64,000 bases of DNA, from positions 4,544,001 to 4,608,000 of the forward strand of contig OZ253564.1 in the NCBI GenBank assembly GCA_965262915.1, in the 5' to 3' direction. How positions within the stretch are numbered: the first letter of the stretch is position 1; each line of letters starts with the position of its first letter. Made by a program: the position numbers and the translations under genes. Shown piece by piece: positions 58,080 to 64,000 of the stretch. Origin of the DNA: Candidatus Spongiisociaceae bacterium. GTDB taxonomy: Bacteria; Actinomycetota; Acidimicrobiia; Spongiisociales; Spongiisociaceae. A model generated the notes under the pieces. The model had not been told where the DNA came from. It made no database searches and saw only the letters and a list, made by a program, of their open reading frames with translations.

Positions 58080-59580
58080 CCAGGTAGACCACCGCCACCA
58101 CCCCCAAGCCGACCAGGGTCGCTACCACGCCCGTACCGAAACCGGGAATCCGCCCTCCCGTGACCGCATCAGCAGCCAGCCGGCCCAGGACGGCGGCGAC
58201 CACCGTGCCGGCCGAGATCCGCAGGACGGTCCGCAGCATCCCTTCGAGTCCCCGGGACGTGTGGAACCGTCTCCACAGCAGACCGAGAGTGAGCGCGTGT
58301 CCGGTGAGGGCGACCGAACTGGCCACGGCCACGCCCGGTACTCCGCCGATCCGGAACCCGAGGAAGAACAGAGGGATCGCGGGCACCGTCCAGGCCGTGC
58401 CGGCGATCACCGGAATCCACATCTGGCGGTGGGCGTAGAAGCAGCGGCCGAAGATCTGGTGGACACCCCAGGCCGGAATGCTCAGCGAATATCCCACCAA
58501 CGCCGCCGCGGTGAGCACCGTTCCCGCCTCGCTGAACCGGCCATGCTGGAAGGCAACCCGGATGGCGGGCTGGCTGACCGCGATCACCCCGGCGACCGCC
58601 GCTCCGCCGGCGAACATCACCATGCGGACCGTGCGACCCATCGATGTCAACATCTCGGTCCGGCGGCCTTCCGCCACTAGGCGGGCCAGGTAGGGATACG
58701 CCGCCACGCCCGCCGCCTGGGCGATCACCCCCACCGGGAGCATGTTGACACGGCGGGCCAGGTTGAGGCTGAAGATCGACCCGTCGGAGGCCGCGGCCGC
58801 CACCACCTTCCCGATCGACTCGTCGAGGACGACTATGGACTGGCCGATCATCAACGGAACTGCCAGACCCAGGTATTCGCGGAAGGCGGGGTGGCGGAAG
58901 TCGGGAAGCCCAGGGGTCACCCGCAAACCCGTGCGGCGAGCACCCCACCACTGGAGAGCCAGGTTGCCGACCAGGCCGCCCCCTACCGCGCCGAGGACGA
59001 ACCCGGAGGCCGACCCTCCTCCCGACCACGTACCCGCCAGCCCACCGGCGATGATGCCGGCGTTGTAGATGATCGGCGCCAGCGTGGGCACGACGAACCG
59101 TCCATGGGCGTACTGCACGGCCATGAACAACCCGCCGATCACGAAGAACACCTGGGCGGGCAGCACCAACCTGGTCAGCCGGGTCACCTCGGCCAGTTGG
59201 GCGGGATCGAGCCGGTCCCCCGAACCGAAGAGCCACTCGACTATCACCCCGGCGGCGGCGATCGCCACACCCGTCAGGACGACAACCAGCACCGCCACAG
59301 ACCGGAACACGGCGTTGAAGGCCGCTTGGGCACCGTCGTGGTCACCGGCTACGCGGTAGCGGCTCAGGATCGGGATGAAGGTGATGGCCAGGAAACCTCC
59401 GGCCAGCAGGTAGTTGAGGAAGTCGGGCACGATGAAGGCCGCCTCGTAGGCATCGGCCACGGGAGAGTCGCCCAGCCGGTTGGCCAGTACCACGTTGCGG
59501 GCGAAACCGAGTATCCGGGACAGGAGGATCCCGACCGCCACCACCGAGGCCGCCCGGGCGATACCGCCGGTAGCCGCCAT
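58024..59580 (-). CDS. murJ: Lipid II flippase MurJ (MviN)
   Basis: SRILGFAR, AF.VPD, FIP, APIIYN, LPVG, FQHGRFS. Confidence 0.94.
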   Translation of the reverse strand: MAATGGIARAASVVAVGILLSRILGFARNVVLANRLGDSPVADAYEAAFIVPDFLNYLLAGGFLAITFIPILSRYRVAGDHDGAQAAFNAVFRSVAVLVVVLTGVAIAAAGVIVEWLFGSGDRLDPAQLAEVTRLTRLVLPAQVFFVIGGLFMAVQYAHGRFVVPTLAPIIYNAGIIAGGLAGTWSGGGSASGFVLGAVGGGLVGNLALQWWGARRTGLRVTPGLPDFRHPAFREYLGLAVPLMIGQSIVVLDESIGKVVAAAASDGSIFSLNLARRVNMLPVGVIAQAAGVAAYPYLARLVAEGRRTEMLTSMGRTVRMVMFAGGAAVAGVIAVSQPAIRVAFQHGRFSEAGTVLTAAALVGYSLSIPAWGVHQIFGRCFYAHRQMWIPVIAGTAWTVPAIPLFFLGFRIGGVPGVAVASSVALTGHALTLGLLWRRFHTSRGLEGMLRTVLRISAGTVVAAVLGRLAADAVTGGRIPGFGTGVVATLVGLGVVAVVYLATTWLAGSPEVRSMVGRR

Positions 59581-60422
59581 CATCGGATCCTGTCCCGCAG
59601 GTCCTCCAGCACCCGGTCGGGGACCACCAGATCACCCCGACCGACGCCCACCCGGAGACCCGGCTTGTAGTCCCCGTGGTAGTCCGAACCGCCCGACGGG
59701 AGGAGCCCGAAGGACCGTACCGACCTCTCCAGGTCCCGCCGGGTCACGGGATCGTACTCCCCGTAGAAGCACTCCACCCCGACCAGGCCCATGCCCGCCA
59801 GCCGGCGGTAGAGCGCGGCATACTCGGAGGCGGTGTCGAGGCCGAGCGTGTGCGGATGGGCCACGATCGGCACGCCTCCGGATCGGCGGGCCAGACCTAT
59901 GGCCTCCCGGGGGGGAAGCAACGGCCGGGTCATGTAAGCGGGGCCCCCGGCACCCAGATACTTCCGGAAGGCGGTGTTGATATCCGGTACGTACCCTTTC
60001 CTCATCATGACGGCCGCAAAGTGCGGTCGCCCGACGCTGCCACCCCCGGACTCCTCCAGCACCTCGCGATAGTCGATGCCATAGCCGAGTTCGCTGAGCC
60101 GCTCGGCCATGCCCCGGTTCCTGCGGTGCCGCCCGTCACGGAGTTCTTCCAATCGATCTTGGAGAGGTCCCCGACCCGGCTCGATGAACAGGACCACGAT
60201 GTGCAGACCGCCCCGCTCCCACTCGCAGGACAGTTCGACACCAGGGACCAGCTCGATCCCGTGTAGCTCGGCCTCTCCCCGAGCCTCCTCCACGCCCCCC
60301 AGCGTGTCGTGGTCGGTCAGGGCGACGGCCGAGAGCCCCGCTCGGGCGGCCAGCCTGATCACCTCCGACGGGCGTTCGCTTCCATCGGAGGCGTTGGAGT
60401 GGACATGGAGATCGACGGGCAT
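59580..60422 (-). CDS. PHP-domain phosphoesterase (YciV/TrpH-like)
   Basis: DLHVHSNASDG, TDHD, GVELS, GRPH, AHP, GGSDYHG. Confidence 0.92.
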   Translation of the reverse strand: MPVDLHVHSNASDGSERPSEVIRLAARAGLSAVALTDHDTLGGVEEARGEAELHGIELVPGVELSCEWERGGLHIVVLFIEPGRGPLQDRLEELRDGRHRRNRGMAERLSELGYGIDYREVLEESGGGSVGRPHFAAVMMRKGYVPDINTAFRKYLGAGGPAYMTRPLLPPREAIGLARRSGGVPIVAHPHTLGLDTASEYAALYRRLAGMGLVGVECFYGEYDPVTRRDLERSVRSFGLLPSGGSDYHGDYKPGLRVGVGRGDLVVPDRVLEDLRDRIR

Positions 60423-60576
60423 CCGCTCGGGAGGCTAGGTGAGTACCCGGCAATCCACCAGCGGCCCGTCGCTCAACCATGGAATGCCTGGGTCAGCGAG
60501 CGACGGCCATAGCAATCGTCATTGCTCAGCCTTCTGCTAACCGGGAGAACCGAGGTTACGAGGGCAGGGAAACCGT

Positions 60577-60828
60577 TCAGCCGTCCGGCGACGGGTCGAC
60601 CGTCGTCGTGTCGGTCACGACCGGCTGCGGCGGTTCGGTTACCTGATCGCCGGCCCCGTTGTTGCTCGTGGCCAGGTTCCCGATCAGGAATATCACCACC
60701 ACCACGACCGCGATCACCAGCCCCGTGACTATGCGGCGACGCCACTTGGCGCGGCTAGCCTCACGCCGCTCGGCCTGGAGTCGGGCCTGGCGGTTCTGCT
60801 TCTGGCGGGCCCTCTTCTCGCTCCCCAT
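60577..60828 (-). CDS. Small single-pass membrane protein (basic N-terminus, TM helix, Thr/Pro tail)
   Basis: MGSEKRARQK...; TAGACT -10-like box just upstream. Confidence 0.65.
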   Translation of the reverse strand: MGSEKRARQKQNRQARLQAERREASRAKWRRRIVTGLVIAVVVVVIFLIGNLATSNNGAGDQVTEPPQPVVTDTTTVDPSPDG

Positions 60829-61047
60829 ACCGGACCAGTCTAGAAGGGTGCCGAACAATCCACTGCGGGGATCGTCAGGCGATCCGGAATACCTGGTCAG
60901 CGGGCAGGAGGTCTGCAGCAAACGTCGTTGCCGGCGTTCTCCTGGGAGACGGCCACGTGGTGAGGCGCTGCCAACCATTGCAGCCGCTAGCCAATAGACT
61001 GTTCACAACCCTCCAGACATCGAACCCCTCCCCAGGATCTGCTTCTC

Positions 61048-62286
61048 ATGCCTCTGGTCGTCCAAAAGTACGGCGGCACGTCGGTAGCTAACCCCGACCG
61101 CATCAGACACGTCTCCCGACGGGTGGCCCGGACGCGGCTCGCCGGCAACGAGGTGATCGTGGTGGTGTCCGCAATGGGCGACTCCACCGACGAACTGATA
61201 CGGCTCGCCCACCGCGTCAACTCGGATCCTCCCGCGCGGGAGATGGACATGCTGCTCACGGCAGGGGAACGGATCTCGATGGCCCTGCTAGCCATGGCTC
61301 TCGACAGCGAAGGGACCCCGGCGCTCAGCCTCACGGGTTCCCAGGCCGGTATCCTGACCGACGCGGTGCACGGGGAGGCGAAGATCACCGAGATCCGCGG
61401 CACCCGGGTCCGGAACGGTCTGGACACCGGCAAGGTGGTGATCGTGGCCGGCTTCCAAGGGGTGGATCCGGATTCCAAGGAGGTGACCACCCTGGGACGG
61501 GGCGGTTCCGACGCCACCGCAGTGGCCCTCGCCTCCGCCCACGGCGCCGACGCGTGCGAGATATACACCGATGTGAGGGGCGTCTACACAGCCGACCCCA
61601 GAGTGGTGCCCGAAGCGCGCAAACTGGACGAGGTGTCCTTCGACGAGATGCTCGAGCTGGCGGCAGGAGGCGCTGGGGTATTGATGGCCCGCTCCGTGGA
61701 GGTGGGCCGGAGGTTCAACGTACCGATCCACGTCCGTTCGTCGTTCGTGGAGGACGAGGGCACCTGGGTCAAGGAGAGGACCATGGAAGAGGCGATCATC
61801 AGCGGTATCGCACACGACACGTCGGAAGCCAAAGTGACCATCTGGGGCGTTCCCGACCGTCCGGGCGTGGCGGCCGCCCTCTTCGAAACCCTGGCCGCGG
61901 CGCGGGTCAACGTCGACATGATCGTGCAGAACGTCGGGGAGGACGCCAGCACAGACATCAGCTTCACCGTCCCGGAGTCCCACGCCGAGGCCGCCCGCAG
62001 GGCCACTCTTCCGCTCGTCGGCGAGCTGGGGGCCCATGGCCTTGGCGTGGATTCGGACATCGCCAAGGTATCGCTGGTGGGAGCCGGCATGAAGTCCAGT
62101 CCGGGCGTGGCGGCACGCGTGTTTCGCGCCCTCGCCGACGCCCGCATCAACATCGAGATGATCTCCACCTCTCCCATCCGTATCTCCTGCGTCGTCCGGC
62201 GGCAGAGCGTGGAGGAGGCGGTCCTGGCGCTCCACACCGAGTTCGACCCTCCGGTGATCACCGCGGAGGTGGGCGCAGATGCGTGA
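61048..62286 (+). CDS. lysC: Aspartate kinase (alpha subunit; nested beta subunit from ATG 61783)
   Basis: VQKYGGTS, VVSAMG, TTLGRGGSD, two ACT domains; internal AAGGAGAGG SD before MEEAIISG. Confidence 0.97.
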   Translation: MPLVVQKYGGTSVANPDRIRHVSRRVARTRLAGNEVIVVVSAMGDSTDELIRLAHRVNSDPPAREMDMLLTAGERISMALLAMALDSEGTPALSLTGSQAGILTDAVHGEAKITEIRGTRVRNGLDTGKVVIVAGFQGVDPDSKEVTTLGRGGSDATAVALASAHGADACEIYTDVRGVYTADPRVVPEARKLDEVSFDEMLELAAGGAGVLMARSVEVGRRFNVPIHVRSSFVEDEGTWVKERTMEEAIISGIAHDTSEAKVTIWGVPDRPGVAAALFETLAAARVNVDMIVQNVGEDASTDISFTVPESHAEAARRATLPLVGELGAHGLGVDSDIAKVSLVGAGMKSSPGVAARVFRALADARINIEMISTSPIRISCVVRRQSVEEAVLALHTEFDPPVITAEVGADA

Positions 62287-63295
62287 CTCTCGTGTAGCAG
62301 TCGTCGGGGCTACCGGGGCGGTGGGCCGCACCATGGTGGCGATCCTCGAGGATCGGGACTTTCCGCTCTCGGAGCTGCGGCTGATGGCCTCGGCTCGTTC
62401 CGCAGGCACCAGGGTGACCACCCGCTGGGGCGAGATCGTGGTGGAGGATCTGGCCTCGGCCGACCCCGCCGGTCTCGACATCGCTCTCTTCTCGGCCGGC
62501 GCGGCGCGCAGCCGGCAGTACGCACCGGCCTTCGCCGCCGCCGGAGCGGTCGTGATCGACAATTCGTCGGCTTTCCGCCAGGTTCCCGGAGTGCCGCTGG
62601 TGGTGGCCCGGGTCAACGACCGCGCGGCGGGCTCACACCGCGGGATCATCGCCAACCCCAACTGCACCACCATGACCTTGATGATGGTTGCCGGCCCCCT
62701 CCACCGCCACGCCGGTCTGGCCCGGATGGTGGCCATGTCCTACCAGTCCGTGTCGGGCGCCGGCATGACGGGGATGGACGCCCTGATGCACCAGACCGCG
62801 TTGCTCGTGGACCAGCGTGAGGCCCTGGTATCGGGGACGTGGGAAGACCCGGGTAGCGAACCGTTCCAACGCCCGATCGGCTTCAACGTCCTTCCGATGG
62901 CCGGTTCGATGACCGAGGCCGGTCACACCGACGAGGAGTGGAAACTGGTGAACGAGACCCGCAAGATCCTCGAGCGGGAGGATATCTCGGTGGAGCCGAC
63001 CTGCGTGCGGGTGCCGGTGATGGTAGGGCACGGCATCTCGGCCACCATGTGGTTCGATACCCCTGTAGACGTGGACACCGCCACGCGGATCCTCGAGGAA
63101 GCTCCCGGGCTGGAGCTGTGGTCCGACGATCACGTCGCAACGCCGCTCGACTCGGCCGGTACCGACCCGGTCCTCGCGTCCCGCATCCGGGGAACCCTCG
63201 GAGAACCGGGCGGGATCAGCCTGTGGGTGGTGGGCGACAACCTCCGCAAGGGCGCGGCGCTCAACGCGGTCGAGATCGCCGAACTCCTCATCTGA
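62279..63295 (+). CDS. asd: Aspartate-semialdehyde dehydrogenase
   Basis: GATGAVG, DNSSAFR, NPNCTT, YQSVSGAG, CVRVPV, DNLRKGAA. Confidence 0.97.
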   Translation: MRDSRVAVVGATGAVGRTMVAILEDRDFPLSELRLMASARSAGTRVTTRWGEIVVEDLASADPAGLDIALFSAGAARSRQYAPAFAAAGAVVIDNSSAFRQVPGVPLVVARVNDRAAGSHRGIIANPNCTTMTLMMVAGPLHRHAGLARMVAMSYQSVSGAGMTGMDALMHQTALLVDQREALVSGTWEDPGSEPFQRPIGFNVLPMAGSMTEAGHTDEEWKLVNETRKILEREDISVEPTCVRVPVMVGHGISATMWFDTPVDVDTATRILEEAPGLELWSDDHVATPLDSAGTDPVLASRIRGTLGEPGGISLWVVGDNLRKGAALNAVEIAELLI

Positions 63296-63343
63296 ACCCG
63301 CCGTCGGCTCCTTGTCGACGGTCCAGGGAACTAGACTGACCAC

Positions 63344-64000
63344 ATGAACAATCCGACCCCGCTCTGGGTTTCCGGCCCGGAATCCACTTCAGGGCCGGCT
63401 GCTTCCGAGCCCTCCTTCGAGACCGTCGAAGAGCTCCGGGCCTACAGGAAGCGGGTACTCGTAACCGCCTACCGGCTGTTCGGCGCCTTCGGATGGGGGT
63501 CCCTGGGTGACGGGCACATAACGGTTCGCGACCCCGAGCAGACCAACGCGATGTGGCTCATCCGCCACGGTGTCCCTTTCCACAGGACCACGACCGACGA
63601 TCTGGTCCTGGTAGGGCCTGACGGGAGGGTGGAAAGCACGCATGCCATCAACATGACCGCCTACTACATCCATGCCCCGATACATGAGGCCCGGCCCGAG
63701 GTCGTAGCCGTGGCCCATACCCACACCCCGTACGCCACGCCGTGGGCCGCCAACGTGGAGTACTTCCGGATGATCTGCCAGGAGGCCACGGCCTTCTTCG
63801 AGGACCACTCCATCTTCGACGGCGAGGAGGTCCAGGTCGCGGACTTCGACACCGGAAAGCGGATCGCCGCCGCCCTCGGGGAGACCAAGGCGGTCCTGCT
63901 TCGTAACCACGGTCCGCTGACGGTGGGATACTCCGTGGAGGAGGCAATCGGCTGGTTCCTGCTCCTCGAACGGGTGGCCGAGGTTCACGTGAAGGCCCAT
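63344..64000 (+). CDS. Class II aldolase/adducin family protein (3' end outside the window)
   Basis: Manual translation: GHITVRDP, IHAPIHEARP, AHTHT, LLRNHG; TAGACT 6 nt before ATG. Confidence 0.9.
   Translation, partial: MNNPTPLWVSGPESTSGPAASEPSFETVEELRAYRKRVLVTAYRLFGAFGWGSLGDGHITVRDPEQTNAMWLIRHGVPFHRTTTDDLVLVGPDGRVESTHAINMTAYYIHAPIHEARPEVVAVAHTHTPYATPWAANVEYFRMICQEATAFFEDHSIFDGEEVQVADFDTGKRIAAALGETKAVLLRNHGPLTVGYSVEEAIGWFLLLERVAEVHVKAH

Noticed and set aside
60840-61047. Lysine riboswitch upstream of lysC
   Set aside because: No recognisable conserved core; a -10-like TAGACT near 60995 implies a leader too short for it

Overview
GC-rich bacterial chromosomal window. The gene content (clpS next to DUF2017, lysC with a nested beta subunit plus asd, many apparently leaderless genes) points to Actinomycetota, probably an Acidimicrobiia-like lineage (inference). 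Most of it is housekeeping or respiratory: a caa3-type cytochrome c oxidase operon with ctaG, a selenocysteine-containing selD with a SECIS hairpin, greA, mgtE, nadE, tyrA/aroF/pheA, a form II CO-dehydrogenase-like Mo-hydroxylase cluster (coxSLM-coxDE-xdhC-mocA), clpS, proC, udk, rpmB, amtB, pfk, mce, murJ and lysC-asd. Small accessory insertions lie between these, several of them decaying: RloA/RloB with an amber stop, a PDZ-5'-nucleotidase-LysM relic, an HNH remnant, a frameshifted vapC, and a queuosine-salvage cassette bounded by a duplicated pheA 3' end. The best candidates for undescribed biology are: (i) a NYN/PIN nuclease gene facing a predicted promoter-driven two-hairpin small RNA; (ii) a His-rich cupredoxin-like lipoprotein plus a FedB-like membrane protein coupled to ctaG, a possible copper-supply module; (iii) the Q-salvage + MFS + nucleoside hydrolase cassette; (iv) a lipoprotein with three tandem copies of an unrecognised two-Cys domain; (v) an unclassified structured element after rpmB. 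No rRNA, tRNA, CRISPR array or intact transposase was found. All family assignments come from motif recognition by eye, with no database search.
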